Assembly (NCBI GenBank): GCA_963702005.1
Contig: OY969696.1
Coordinates: 3,104,001-3,168,000 of the forward strand
Reading direction: 5' to 3'
DNA: 64,000 bases
Source: Candidatus Aminicenantes bacterium
GTDB taxonomy: Bacteria > Acidobacteriota > Aminicenantia > Aminicenantales > JAFGBC01
Below are positions 39,015-49,688 of the stretch, piece by piece. Position numbers and translations under genes: made by a program. The first letter of the stretch is position 1. Every line of letters starts with the position of its first letter. Below the pieces are notes generated by a model. The model was given only the letters and a program-made list of their open reading frames with translations, did not search any database and was not told where the DNA came from.

Positions 39015-39120
39015 AAGCCATGCCAAAACAGACCAATTTTTTCTGCTTACGCCTGTCTTGGCCTAAATTGTTCTGTCAGCGATAAGTCAATCGTATCAGA
39101 GATATAAGAGGCAAAGAGAA

Positions 39121-39186
39121 TGCCGAGGGCCGGACTCGAACCGGCATGGAGCTTACGCCCCGAGGGATTTTAAGTCCCTCGTATCT
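39121..39186 (-). pseudogene. tRNA-Leu(TAA) 3' fragment (att remnant)
   Basis: GAGGGACTTAAAATCCCTC anticodon arm, long variable arm, GGTTCGAGTCC T-arm; 5' acceptor/D arm missing. Confidence 0.85.
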
Positions 39187-39319
39187 TTCAGGACAGACCT
39201 CTCCCCGTGTAACGCCGGTGTAACAGATTGTGCTAAAACTCGCCTACTTCGGACTAATGGTGCATAAAAGGAAACAAGCCAAACCCAAGGGAAATCAGGG
39301 GAAGAAAGGAACTTAAGGC

Positions 39320-39369
39320 TGGCAGCGCTACGGGGATTCGAACCCCGGTCTGATGGCTGAGAACCACCG
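39320..39369 (-). pseudogene. tRNA-Glu(CTC) 3' fragment
   Basis: GGTGG-TTCTCAG-CCATC, CGGGGTTCGAATCCCCG, ends GCCA; no matching 5' acceptor strand. Confidence 0.8.
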
Positions 39370-39493
39370 CTTAGGCCGTATTGGAAGCGTTTCAGCGTTC
39401 GACACGACAAAAAGTAAACGATTTGCCGGCACTCGTCGGTTTGACTTGGCTTCCTTCCTAAGCCATAATCGGCAGCGTCCCAGGAGGAATCCG

Positions 39494-39970
39494 ATGCCTA
39501 AAGCCCTCGTTTCCTATTATTCAAGGACGGGAAATACCAAGAAGATGGCCGCCCGGATCGCCGAGGTGCTCGAGTCGCAAGGCCTCGAGGTGGACCTGAA
39601 AACGGTAGCGGACACAGCCCCGGCTGATCTCCTCGGCTACGACTGCATCGTCCTCGGATCCCCAACTTATTACGGCTCCATGGCCTGGGAGATGAAGAAG
39701 CTTCTCGACGAGAGCGTCAAGTTCCACGGGAAGCTCCGGGGGAAGGTCGGCGGGGCTTTCACCTCTTCGGCCAACATCGGAGGGGGCAACGAGACGACCG
39801 TCCTCGATATCCTCCAGGCGCTCCTCATTCACGGCATGGTCGTCCAGGGGGATCACAGGTTCGACCATTATGGCCCTGTCTCGGTCGGCCGGCCCGACAA
39901 GAGGTCGCTCGACTGTTGCGAAGCCCACGCCAAGAACCTGGCCGCCCTAACAAAAAAACTTTTCTCTTAA
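39494..39970 (+). CDS. Flavodoxin/WrbA-like NAD(P)H-dependent oxidoreductase
   Basis: YYSRTGNTKKMA, GSPTYYG, GKVGGAFTS; AGGAGG SD. Confidence 0.9.
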   Translation: MPKALVSYYSRTGNTKKMAARIAEVLESQGLEVDLKTVADTAPADLLGYDCIVLGSPTYYGSMAWEMKKLLDESVKFHGKLRGKVGGAFTSSANIGGGNETTVLDILQALLIHGMVVQGDHRFDHYGPVSVGRPDKRSLDCCEAHAKNLAALTKKLFS

Positions 39971-40322
39971 ATTCTCGACGCCCCGCCTTGACGGGGGGCT
40001 GTGGGACGCCCGCGGCCTACGCGAGGGCGTTGGAGGGGGTATCCAAGCGCTTTTGCATTATACTGGACCGATTTGAGGGGGGCAGGTCAATGATCAGTCC
40101 CAAACTTACTTGACATCTCATTGCGTTGTGATGTATTCGATCATTTAGGGGAAATTCATTCTGTGTGTAAACACCCACTCGGCTGACACAGCATAAAATG
40201 GATTTCCGTTAAACTATTACGGAAAAGAAGGTGAAGCATCCCCGTTATCCCAACTCCAAGGCTTCCCCACCTCTAGAGCGGAGGGCATGGCTTTAGTTGA
40301 CATATTTGCACAGGAGGCAAAA

Positions 40323-41939
40323 ATGATCAAGAAAGCTTCGGTACTTTTCATTTTTTTGCTTTTTATCCCCTACGGCAACACAGCAAGCGGACAGGATCTT
40401 AGGCTTCCCTATAAGGGTCAAATCTGCAGTGATGACGTTGCATTTAGCATCTTTAGCTTATGCAAAGGCCCTGCGGGCTATTTTTCTATTGAAGACGCAA
40501 AGAATCTTACTAGCACCTTCAAAGCGGACACGAAGGGTCTGGGCACCGCTGCGTATTTCACCATTAAAAATGAAGCCAACAAGAGTTCGGCTATCATGGC
40601 GATAACAAACGGGTTGGGACCTGCGGCGCAATTTTTGACATCAAACGTGAATACCTTTGGAGACACGCTTTTATCCGAGACCCAAGGGCGCGGGAGTTCG
40701 GCCGGGCATTTTGTCACTTCGTCAAATAAAAATATATTTGTGACACTTCGATCAGAAACTTATGGACGGGGGCCGGCAGGCCAATTCGCGGTATTCAATC
40801 CCGATAGCGATGCGAATGCGCTCATTTCCTCAACCGCAGGAATCGGTCGGGCTGGAATATTCACCTGCTACAATAGAGATAATTGGAGCCCGGCATTTCA
40901 AGCTTGGACCTCGGGGAAAGGAGCTGCTGGCTATTTTCAGATTGAAAATCCAAATAACATATTTCCCGCTGTTTATGGAACTTCAAGTGGTTTAGGAAAT
41001 GGTGTGCTTGGCAGCAGCACCGGCTCAAGCGCTGCAGTCCGTGGCTATGCAGATGGCGAAGGGAGCTCAATTTATGGGTATAAAATAGGTAATGGTAACG
41101 CCGGGACCTTCATAAATGGAGATGTAAATAACGAGTCTCCCGCGCTCCGAGTGGAAAACCGTGGGGAGCTTGGTACAGCTGCGATTTTTGAAAACTCAGC
41201 TGCAGCCTGGACCGATAGACCTACGATAGCAGCTATTAACAGAGCTGGTGGTCCTGGTCCGGCCGTGGCAGGATTGTTCTTTGGCTGGGTTGTGGTGCGG
41301 GGAAATTTACGTGCAGATAATGCTGATTTTTGGAACCTTGATGTTTATGGCACACTCACAAAATATTCGGGGAGTTTCAAAATCGACCATCCCTTGGATC
41401 CTGAAAATAAATACCTCTACCATTCATTTGTAGAAAGCCCTGATATGAAAAACGTATACGACGGAGTTGTCGCCTTGGATAAAGCGGGCGAAGCTTGGGT
41501 GAATCTTCCTGATTATTTTGAGGCTTTGAACCGCGATTTTCGCTACCAGCTCACTCCCATTGGTGGGCCCGCCCCCGACCTTCATATTGCGGAGAAGATC
41601 TCAAACAATAAGTTCAAAATCGCCGGAGGCACGCCCGGCTTGGAGGTATCCTGGCAAGTAACGGGAATACGGCAGGATGCTTATGCCAAGGCTCATCCGA
41701 TCATTCCGGAAGTCGAAAAAGAAAAAGAGAACCGTGGCAAATATCTAACACCCGCAGAATTTGGGAAACCGGATGAGTTAGGAATACACCCTAAGAAACG
41801 CGATCAAGAATATGTCAACAAGATATTGACACAATTAGAGAAGCAAAAAGAAACTGATAAGAAAGATATTGACAATTTATCTAAGGCCTTAAAGCTCCTC
41901 AAGGAACAGGGAAAAGTTTCTGATGCAGTGCATAAATGA
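40323..41939 (+). CDS. Secreted beta-helical/tail-fibre-like protein with C-terminal chaperone-like domain
   Basis: Signal peptide; G/A/N-rich repeats; FKIDHPLDPENKYLYHSFVESPD...LPDYFEALN. Confidence 0.75.
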   Translation: MIKKASVLFIFLLFIPYGNTASGQDLRLPYKGQICSDDVAFSIFSLCKGPAGYFSIEDAKNLTSTFKADTKGLGTAAYFTIKNEANKSSAIMAITNGLGPAAQFLTSNVNTFGDTLLSETQGRGSSAGHFVTSSNKNIFVTLRSETYGRGPAGQFAVFNPDSDANALISSTAGIGRAGIFTCYNRDNWSPAFQAWTSGKGAAGYFQIENPNNIFPAVYGTSSGLGNGVLGSSTGSSAAVRGYADGEGSSIYGYKIGNGNAGTFINGDVNNESPALRVENRGELGTAAIFENSAAAWTDRPTIAAINRAGGPGPAVAGLFFGWVVVRGNLRADNADFWNLDVYGTLTKYSGSFKIDHPLDPENKYLYHSFVESPDMKNVYDGVVALDKAGEAWVNLPDYFEALNRDFRYQLTPIGGPAPDLHIAEKISNNKFKIAGGTPGLEVSWQVTGIRQDAYAKAHPIIPEVEKEKENRGKYLTPAEFGKPDELGIHPKKRDQEYVNKILTQLEKQKETDKKDIDNLSKALKLLKEQGKVSDAVHK

Positions 41940-41959
41940 TTATGGAACCGGCAGAAAGG

Positions 41960-42199
41960 CAGAGATCCGACTGCGTGATCGTCTGGCGCCTCGGCCCGTA
42001 GTAGCGTAACCCGCTCAAAGACACGGGACGCCGGGGGGCTTCTCCGCCACGAACGGCAACTTCAAGTGTCCGATGATCCGGTCCCCGGCGGCATACTCGG
42101 GGATAAAGGCAGCAACCTTCATTCGGCCGCTACATTTGGGACAGGGCATCGGGTTCACCTCATAGGCCTTCCGGATCATGGCCGTCTAGCCCTTTAGGA
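41960..42199 (-). pseudogene. IS91-family transposase C-terminal remnant
   Basis: PKG*TAMIRKAYEVNPMPCPKCSGRMKVAAFI...RIIGHL with in-frame stop. Confidence 0.7.
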
Positions 42200-42222
42200 A
42201 TACCGTTGGCAGAGAGACCAAC

Positions 42223-42460
42223 TTGTGACCAAATTGTGACTATCCCCGGTATATTTCCATATAATTTGGTACACCTCCGTATACCTAGAAACAAGTCATA
42301 AATTGTAGAAAAGACTGACTATTACTTTATAATGAGGAGGTTAGGGAAACCGGCCGGATCGGATTCGAAGTCCATCGCTCTATCCACTGAGCTACGGGCG
42401 CGCCGGAGGCGACGCACGTAAAATCAATAGGATTCTTCCCGATTCCCGGGATGAAGTCAA
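42223..42460. repeat. Cassette right end copy 1: arm repeat TTGTGACCAAATTGTGAC + ~120-bp spacer + tRNA-Arg 5' half + promoter
   Basis: Near-identical to 46138-46353; partial copy at 49636-49748. Confidence 0.9.
42361..42401 (-). pseudogene. tRNA-Arg(TCG) 5' half, copy 1
   Basis: GCGCCCGTAGCTCAGTGGATAGAGCGATGGACTTCGAATCC then non-tRNA; TTGACT-N17-AAGAAT upstream. Confidence 0.85.
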
Positions 42461-42731
42461 CCCCTTCTACCTCCAGTCATCAGGCTGCACTCACGGGCCG
42501 TTAGCACGGCTCCATGAGTACAGGCGAAGCGCCGGGACTATATAAGGGTAGTCCTGAGCCTTGCGAAGGGCAACTCCCCGAAGCCACGGCTTGAATGCGG
42601 TCCTGAAATAGAAGTCACAATTCGACCAAAATATCCTTCTGGAGCGATGCCGTCTTTAGGGGGGCGTGCTTATGATCCTGGCCGCCGCGATGATCAGGGA
42701 TGAAAATACCGTACCTCAACGCTCCCGCACA

Positions 42732-43232
42732 TCACAGCTCCTGGTCTTTCCAGGCCCCGGTGTATATCGCGGTGCCTTTGCATTCCTGAAGAACGACGTG
42801 ACAGATCCGCATTCCCGGCGTCAGCCTTATCTTATTCCGTCCGGCGTTGTAGATCTCCAGGATCTGCCTGTTCGAGATCCCCGGAGCCAGGAACGGGGCC
42901 GCGATATGGCTCATGAGCCCGATCCGGGCGAATCTCGAGCGCGAATTCAGCCAGCCGCACACGTCCCCGGGGAGAGTGATCCTCTCCTTCGTGATCCCGA
43001 GCACCAGCTCACCCGGCTCCAATAGATAGCCGTCAGTGATGTCCATGAGCTTGGCCAGAGTTTTGTAGTCTATGTCGGCCCTCGTGATGTGCTGGTCGCT
43101 ATTGAAGACGCGCAACTTGTTATCCAACGTCAGATCGATCGACGCGGGGCCGACGGCAGCCTCGTCATAGGGCTCTATCCGGATCCTGCCCTCATGGATC
43201 TGCCGGAGAATTTCGGGTTTCGCCAGGATCAT
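42732..43232 (-). CDS. dcd: dCTP deaminase
   Basis: MIL...PASIDLTL, LLEPGE..LG.T.E, SRSRFARIGL, LEIYN. Confidence 0.88.
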   Translation of the reverse strand: MILAKPEILRQIHEGRIRIEPYDEAAVGPASIDLTLDNKLRVFNSDQHITRADIDYKTLAKLMDITDGYLLEPGELVLGITKERITLPGDVCGWLNSRSRFARIGLMSHIAAPFLAPGISNRQILEIYNAGRNKIRLTPGMRICHVVLQECKGTAIYTGAWKDQEL

Positions 43233-43398
43233 CTTGAACGCTCTCTCAGGCTCATCATCGAGACCCTCCTTGACCGGAATGCGCGCCGGTCGTGCCATCT
43301 TGGCGACGGGGCGCCGGAACGAGCATCATATGCAAAACCCGAGGGTATTTCAACGGGGAGGGGTCTGCCTTCGCCGCCCTTTCCTCAAGAATATAATA

Positions 43399-43513
43399 GT
43401 CACAATTTGGTCACAGGATGCATCAGCCGGGGAAGAGCCTCCCCTACTTCTTATTGATAATGCAGGGGGATGAGGGGCTGTACCGGCGCAAGGACGCTGG
43501 AGGGGGTATCCAA
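43399..43513. repeat. Cassette left end: GTCACAATTTGGTCACA ... TGGAGGGGGTATCCAA
   Basis: Homologous to 47458-47570 and partly to 39993-40046. Confidence 0.8.
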
Positions 43514-43525
43514 GGATCTTGTTTG

Positions 43526-45952
43526 TTATTTCTTCAGCAGTATCTTTGAAGAATACGGAGGAAGGGTGATGCTGCCGCTGACAGCATGATCATCCAGGTC
43601 GTATAAGGTTCGCTGCAGGGCAAATTTCTTTGTTGAATTTGTTTTATTGATAAATATCAAATTACGCTTCAATGGGTCATCGTACAAGACTTTGACTTTC
43701 TGTAGGCAGATATTATCCAGCCAGTAATCCGGCGCATTCGCGTTGACATCATAATCTATGCGAGCAGGGTCAGTCCTGTAAGTGGGCGTAAAAATTATCC
43801 TATGGTCTTTTCGTTTTGAATCGACAAAGACGGTTTTATGCATTTCTAAATTCCCATAGGTTGTTGCGTCCCTTGTTTGCACGTCCACTGTGCCGGGCGC
43901 CAGAGCAATCGTGCTGAATGAGAGTTCGTATGCTTGCCCCGCCTCTAGGCCAAAATAGTTATGATTATTGCAGGCGACGCCATCATAACAGTGCAGGTGC
44001 CAGCTTCCATTGTTTAATTGATCGTTGATACCCCAGGATGAAGTGCAAGTATTGGTGGGCGACCAGCACGCCCAGCCGTCTATATTAGAATTAAAATCTC
44101 CATTCACAATGAGGTTGCCGCTTTCTATATCTATCACGGAATAAGCATTCCAGCTGACATGGCTGGACTTGGCGCTCGCATCTTTTAGGGCCTTCCACTG
44201 ACTGACCGTATACAAGAGATAGCGGTTGACTTTGTTCTTTTGGCTTATTGTAGAAATAGATAATTCATTGTAGGGGCTGCAATAATAGTTACCGGCATAA
44301 GTCGCGAAATCCAAATTCCTGTTCTCCCAATTGGTAAGCATCAAGGGATAACTATCTTCATCCACAGAATATAATATATTTTTCACAATCGTATTGTTTG
44401 ATACGGGAGTCGTGCTAATACTATCCTGGCTCATTAATATCGATCCGCCTTGGCAGTTAAATAGCGTATTTCCGTTGATCGTATTGTTGATACTGTTGTG
44501 CAGAAAAATGCCCGCGGCCGCGCAATTGACGACGGTATTATTCTGGATAAGAGCATTGCCGCTGCCATCGTCCATATAGATCCCGTCCGCACCACCAGTT
44601 TTGTCCGGCGTAGCCTGATAATTCCCGATTCCATTTTGGATAACATTATTGCGGATAACGCAGCCTGTCCCATTACGGTTGATATGGTCGTTATTACTCC
44701 AGGTATAAATGGCGGCGCCATCGTCGGTGGTCAGGCAAAACTTATTTATCAGATTATTTTCAATCCGTGTATTCTTTGAATATTTCAAACCACAATAGCC
44801 GATGCTATCCAGGCTATTAAAACTGATATTTCCATTATCGATATCGCCTTCGATCTGCATAGCGTAATAGCCAATCTCATCTTTGGTGGCCCTGCCTGCA
44901 TATAAGCCGATACGCTTTAATGTATTGTTCTGAACAATGATATTCTTACAATCCCATGTACTTATCCCCATTCCGCAAATATCCGTAATGATATTATTTT
45001 TAATGAGAACATTATCAACGCTCTGAAGAAATATAGCTTTTGAATAGATCGCATTGAAACGGCATTGCTGGATAGAAATATCGGTATAACCGTAATCCGC
45101 ATTCACTCCATTGACCTGCTGGTGCCTGAAACTGATATGGCTGATGTGGATATAGCTTACGTGCTCTATATTAATTCCATACTCGTATACGGAAGCTTCT
45201 GATGAACTGTTTGAAGGCAAAGAAGCTGACCACAGGTAGAGTTCTTGTTGTGATGGATTGAAATAAAATTCACCGGCCGTATCTAAGGCTTCCATTTTAT
45301 TGCTTAAGAAATAGCCCCAGCCGTTTGTAAAATCATATTCTATCGGGTTGGTCATGGTGATATTGCCATCGGCAAATGACTCCACTTCGTGTTCGCCATA
45401 TTGCCAGCGTACCATGCGGTTGTGAAGTGTGGCGCCGTTCCAGTATCCCTTCGTTTGCGTTAATTCCGCATCGTAAAAGCCCTTTTTGCCGTTGGCCTTG
45501 TCAATCGTTAAAAAGCCACTGTTGGGATAGCGCGCGGGCAGGCACAGCGTACTGTTATAAAAAACCATTACGGGATTTATCTTCAAGGCAGCTTTATAAA
45601 TCTTGCCTTTGTGTAGTGACCAGTTGTTGACATATTCACTGCCGCTGATTACAGGTAAAGCGCCATTGCCATAAGAGGTGATGATGATGGGCTGTGAGGC
45701 AGTGCCGGACTGCTTAATATTCAACTGCCCACGAAATGTATCGCCGCGCTTAAATAATATATTATCTCCTGGTCTCAATGCGATCGTATTAAGTTTAGCA
45801 ATTGTTTTGAATGGCGTCTTTGATGAAGTGCCGTTGTTGTGATCGTTGCCATTAGCGGCGATATAATAATCTGTTGCATAGGCTTGCAGGGATGCAGCAA
45901 GAAGGAAAATGAAAACCACAATTTTTTTTATGAATTTCCATTTATTCGGCAC
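43526..45952 (-). CDS. Secreted right-handed beta-helix (pectin-lyase-like) protein with CBM-like domain
   Basis: Signal peptide, YYIAANGND..NGTS..PFKTI, DDGAAIY, GIYMDD, NLIVNGDF. Confidence 0.85.
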   Translation of the reverse strand: MPNKWKFIKKIVVFIFLLAASLQAYATDYYIAANGNDHNNGTSSKTPFKTIAKLNTIALRPGDNILFKRGDTFRGQLNIKQSGTASQPIIITSYGNGALPVISGSEYVNNWSLHKGKIYKAALKINPVMVFYNSTLCLPARYPNSGFLTIDKANGKKGFYDAELTQTKGYWNGATLHNRMVRWQYGEHEVESFADGNITMTNPIEYDFTNGWGYFLSNKMEALDTAGEFYFNPSQQELYLWSASLPSNSSSEASVYEYGINIEHVSYIHISHISFRHQQVNGVNADYGYTDISIQQCRFNAIYSKAIFLQSVDNVLIKNNIITDICGMGISTWDCKNIIVQNNTLKRIGLYAGRATKDEIGYYAMQIEGDIDNGNISFNSLDSIGYCGLKYSKNTRIENNLINKFCLTTDDGAAIYTWSNNDHINRNGTGCVIRNNVIQNGIGNYQATPDKTGGADGIYMDDGSGNALIQNNTVVNCAAAGIFLHNSINNTINGNTLFNCQGGSILMSQDSISTTPVSNNTIVKNILYSVDEDSYPLMLTNWENRNLDFATYAGNYYCSPYNELSISTISQKNKVNRYLLYTVSQWKALKDASAKSSHVSWNAYSVIDIESGNLIVNGDFNSNIDGWACWSPTNTCTSSWGINDQLNNGSWHLHCYDGVACNNHNYFGLEAGQAYELSFSTIALAPGTVDVQTRDATTYGNLEMHKTVFVDSKRKDHRIIFTPTYRTDPARIDYDVNANAPDYWLDNICLQKVKVLYDDPLKRNLIFINKTNSTKKFALQRTLYDLDDHAVSGSITLPPYSSKILLKK

Positions 45953-46275
45953 CTGTTCATCCTCTCCTTAAAGCTCGGAATTTATGCCTTCCATCCCGAG
46001 ATGATGCTACTCTCGGCCGCGCGTCGATGTCAAGAAATCCTCGGAACGGCCAAGAAGAGTATACTTGGGGCGAAAAACCCTCCTGGACCGACTGAAAGAT
46101 GATAGACTCCAGCTTCCCTTGATAATAGGATGATCAATTGTGCCCAAATTGTGACTGTCCTCGGTATATTTCCATATACTTTGGTATACCTCCGTATACC
46201 TAGAAATAATTCATAAATTGTAGATAAGACTGACTATTACTTTATTTTGAAGAGGTTAGGGAAACCGGCCGGATC

Positions 46276-46316
46276 GGATTCGAAGTCCATTGCTCTATCC
46301 ACTGAGCTACGGGCGC
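46276..46316 (-). pseudogene. tRNA-Arg(TCG) 5' half, copy 2
   Basis: Same 41-nt half (1 mismatch); preceded on + strand by arm repeat at 46138-46155. Confidence 0.85.
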
Positions 46317-46406
46317 GCCGGAGGCGAGGGACGGAAAAGCAACTAGGATTCTTGAGGTTTACCTGCTTGGAGCGGCCGGAATATTGGGGTTGTTTTGGCC
46401 GGGTGT

Positions 46407-47234
46407 TTATTGTTCAGCGTCCGCTTTTTTCCTTCGCTTAATAATATTTTTTGAACCGATTCTTTTCAAGACCGGCATTACAACAAAGAATATTCTGGGA
46501 AAGGCCATGACCGTCCGGGCCAAAACACCCATGCCCGAAGGCACCACGATCTCCGGTTTCTTGCTGTCTGCGGCCCTGAGGATCGCCGAAGCCACCTTTT
46601 CGGGTTTCATCGCCTCTCCGATGAAGGAGAGCACGGCCTCGTCATGAAGAAGCTCATAGCGCAGCTGGGCCGTTTCCACGGAATCAGGACAGACCACGGT
46701 CACTCGAATCCCGGTTTCCTTCAGCTCGGCCGCCAGGGAAAAAGAATAACCCCGGATGGCCGCCTTGGTGGCGCTATAGACGGCTTCGCCGGGCATGGGA
46801 ACGATTCCGCCCAGGGAAGCCACATTGATGATCTTCCCGGAGTTCTGTTTCTTCATGACGGGCAAAACAGATCGGCAGCCATGGATATTCCCCATGAAGT
46901 TGACGGAAATCTGCTGGTGAATTTTCGGCCAGGGGATGGTCTCGGCCCCCCCGGGATGGACGACGCCCGCGTTATTGACCAGGATATCGATTCGACCATA
47001 GCGCTCGAGGACCTTTTCGACCATCGTCCGCCAGGACTCGGGATCCGTCACGTCGTGCTCGATCCCCTGAGCCTCGATCCCCTCTTTTTTCAACTCATTT
47101 TCCAGAGAATCGAGAGGTTCTTTGCGGATGTCCGCAAGAATAAGGACGGCCCCCTCTCGGCCCAGGCGACGGGCCGTGGCCGAGCCGATTCCTCCGGCCG
47201 CTCCGGTGATGATCACGACTTTGTTTTTGACCAA
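46407..47234 (-). CDS. Short-chain dehydrogenase/reductase
   Basis: TGAAGGIG, NNAG, YSATK. Confidence 0.93.
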   Translation of the reverse strand: MVKNKVVIITGAAGGIGSATARRLGREGAVLILADIRKEPLDSLENELKKEGIEAQGIEHDVTDPESWRTMVEKVLERYGRIDILVNNAGVVHPGGAETIPWPKIHQQISVNFMGNIHGCRSVLPVMKKQNSGKIINVASLGGIVPMPGEAVYSATKAAIRGYSFSLAAELKETGIRVTVVCPDSVETAQLRYELLHDEAVLSFIGEAMKPEKVASAILRAADSKKPEIVVPSGMGVLARTVMAFPRIFFVVMPVLKRIGSKNIIKRRKKADAEQ

Positions 47235-47405
47235 CGGAGTCCTCCTCTAGTAAGTTATTTCGGCCGCGAGCCTGTTCGACAACTCGCTTTTAAGGATTTT
47301 ACCAAACCTGACAAGAAAATATAAGAATCCAGAATTTCGCAAGCCTGTAGGCTTCGACTCCGCTTAATTTAACGGGAGGGGATAGGGGAAAACGGGAATC
47401 TGGGG

Positions 47406-47450
47406 TGGTGGAGCTGATGGGACTTGAACCCACGACCTCTTGACTGCCAG
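47406..47450 (-). pseudogene. tRNA-Ala(GGC) 3' fragment
   Basis: CTGGCAGTCAAGAGGTCGTGGGTTCAAGTCCCATCAGCTCCACCA; abuts arm repeat at 47458. Confidence 0.85.
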
Positions 47451-47527
47451 GGGAACAGTCACAATTTAGTCACAATCAGCTTCTGAGGTCAGCATCCCTC
47501 CCCTCTTTTCCTTAATAATATTGGAGA

Positions 47528-49501
47528 TCAAGGGCGCTGTGGGCGTGAGGGCGTTGGAGGGGGTATCCAATGACTATAGAGGGCGACAATCTCGAAATTG
47601 GCGGTGATCGTCTTGGGACCGTTCATCGTTATCTTCAAAGGATTCTGAAGGCTGGAGATGCTGCCGCTCCAATTCCGAAACTTGCAGCCGGCTTTAGGGA
47701 GGGCGCTCAGGGTGAGCTGGGTTCCGGCCGGGACATAAAAGACGCCAGCCCCGAGATCGGTGCGCCCGTGCGTATTCGCAGCGATCGTGAGCTTGTGGAA
47801 ACGCACGCCCCCCTTCTGTCTCTCATAGGCGCCGATATCCGTTACAGCCGTGCCATCGCCGTTCCCGTCCGCGCCCCGGGGATATCCGGCCAGATCGAAT
47901 GCCCCCGGATCCGTTCCGCTCGTCGCCCCCATGTCGATCGCAGGAGAGGTGGCGTGGAGACTGTAATCCGTCTGCGCCGGAGCGACAAACTGGGGCGACA
48001 GATAAAAGTTCCCGTTGCTCCCCCGATATCGCGCGTCTCCGAGGATACAATTTCGGACCAGGGCCGGCCTTTTGGAACCGACGATCCGGTCGTTATTCCG
48101 GTTTTTCCAAAGGATGGTGTTGGCGATTTTGATGCCGGAAACGACGTTTCCGAAACTGTTGTTATTGTTTTCGATGTTGATGCCGCCCGCCCAATCCGTG
48201 GTTTTCCCGTTCTCGACCAAGGTGTTGTTCAGAAGCGTAACGTCCCTTACGATATTATTGTCGCTGTTATCGAATCCGCCCAGCAAAACCATGCCCGCTC
48301 CGTCGTTTCGGGCGATCAGGTTATTGGCAAACTTGATCTTTTCGACCGTGTTATTCTTGGCCTTAAAGGATGCGCCCTGAATCTGAAAGCCGTTGAAGAC
48401 GCAATTCAGGATCTTGTTCCGGTTGATGAGGACATCGTCGATGCCATTGTCGTGGCCGGACATGGAGCCGCCGACCAGCATGATCGATCCTTTTACAACG
48501 ATATTTCCCTCGATGGTCGCGTGAGAGACGTGATTATCCTTGGCGTCCTTTCCCACGCCGCCGAGGACCTCGATCCCACAGTCACCCTCGGGGTTCTGAA
48601 TATAATTGTTCCTGATGAAGAGGCTTTCGATTCGGTTTCCCTGGGATTTGGAGCAGTTGGCGCCGGAGATAAGGATGGACGTGCCCTTGTGACCCCGGAT
48701 CGTGTTGTCCAAAATCTCCAGATCGGAGATGACGTTGTTTGTCGCGTTCGGCCGGGTCGCGGAGGCGAAGATGGCTCCGGTGTTGTTGCTGTTATTGGAA
48801 ATCAGATTACCCCGGATGGTGATGTTGGCGATCCGGTTGTTGGAGTTGGTCGAGGTACCTATCGCGGTGTCGATGGTGATGCCCCAACTCCCGTTGTTGA
48901 CAAGGCGGTTCTGGAGGACATCGATGTGATTGACGACCCGGTTCGAACCCGAAGCAGCGATAGAGATTCCCGACCATCCGACGGTGATCGTGTTTCCGAG
49001 AAGGGTCACCCGTTCTACCCGCGACACGCCATCTTCGGCGAAAGCCGCGACCGTAATCCCGGTCCATTCGATATCCCGGATCGTGAATCCGGCGATCGTG
49101 ACGTCGGAAGCCGTGATCCAAAAACAATCATGGGCCGTTCCCTGTCTGCCATCGAGGGTGATATCCGGCTTGCCGTCGTTGTCGATATCGCCGTTGATTT
49201 TCAGACCACCCTTTGTCAAAGCCGGCAACCCGTCGGAGACGGAGATGGTGGCGCCCTTCAAAGACGGATCGAAGCTGATCGAAAGGGATTCCACCGCGGC
49301 ATTGGCCGCGAGCATAGCTTCCCGGAGCGAGATTCCATCAGGCCCCGGGTCGTTGACCAGTGCGTCCGGACTTGATGTGTCCCCGTTCACCGTGTCGCTA
49401 TTGTTTGTAACGCGCAACGAGCTCACTTGGCTGGCCGGCGCGAAGGAGAAGAAAACGAGAATGCCTATCCATGTCGATATTCGGAGCTGGAGGGACATTA
49501 A
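47528..49501 (-). CDS. Secreted beta-helix protein with choice-of-anchor-Q-like and InlB-B-like repeat
   Basis: SLREA..AAN, Asn-rich beta helix, SPAIDMG...DIGAYE, F.NWSG...TITANF; start uncertain (ATG 49501 vs TTG 49534). Confidence 0.8.
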   Translation of the reverse strand, partial: LMSLQLRISTWIGILVFFSFAPASQVSSLRVTNNSDTVNGDTSSPDALVNDPGPDGISLREAMLAANAAVESLSISFDPSLKGATISVSDGLPALTKGGLKINGDIDNDGKPDITLDGRQGTAHDCFWITASDVTIAGFTIRDIEWTGITVAAFAEDGVSRVERVTLLGNTITVGWSGISIAASGSNRVVNHIDVLQNRLVNNGSWGITIDTAIGTSTNSNNRIANITIRGNLISNNSNNTGAIFASATRPNATNNVISDLEILDNTIRGHKGTSILISGANCSKSQGNRIESLFIRNNYIQNPEGDCGIEVLGGVGKDAKDNHVSHATIEGNIVVKGSIMLVGGSMSGHDNGIDDVLINRNKILNCVFNGFQIQGASFKAKNNTVEKIKFANNLIARNDGAGMVLLGGFDNSDNNIVRDVTLLNNTLVENGKTTDWAGGINIENNNNSFGNVVSGIKIANTILWKNRNNDRIVGSKRPALVRNCILGDARYRGSNGNFYLSPQFVAPAQTDYSLHATSPAIDMGATSGTDPGAFDLAGYPRGADGNGDGTAVTDIGAYERQKGGVRFHKLTIAANTHGRTDLGAGVFYVPAGTQLTLSALPKAGCKFRNWSGSISSLQNPLKITMNGPKTITANFEIVALYSHWIPPPTPSRPQRP

Positions 49502-49647
49502 TTCATGATATTCCCGGCCGTGCGGGGGTGTCAAGAAATCCTCGGGACGGCCAAGGCGCGATTATCAGGAAATAAACCTTCCTGCGCCGCCCAAATTACA
49601 GCTGACTTATACTCCCCGTGATCATGAGATGATAATTGTGGCCAATC

Positions 49648-49688
49648 GGATTCGAAGTCCATTGCTCTATCCACTGAGCTACGGGCGC
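49648..49688 (-). pseudogene. tRNA-Arg(TCG) 5' half, copy 3
   Basis: Identical to copy 2; TTGACT-N17-AAGAAT promoter at 49720-49748. Confidence 0.85.

Noticed and set aside
47570-49375. 601-aa + strand ORF (also 54521-55702, 52091-53206, 60088-61011)
   Set aside because: Antisense or alternate-frame shadows of clear GC-rich genes; no motifs.
47406-49688. Split or interrupted tRNA formed from the Arg 5' half and Ala 3' half
   Set aside because: Acceptor (GCGCCCG vs CAGCTCC) and anticodon stems do not pair; anticodons differ.
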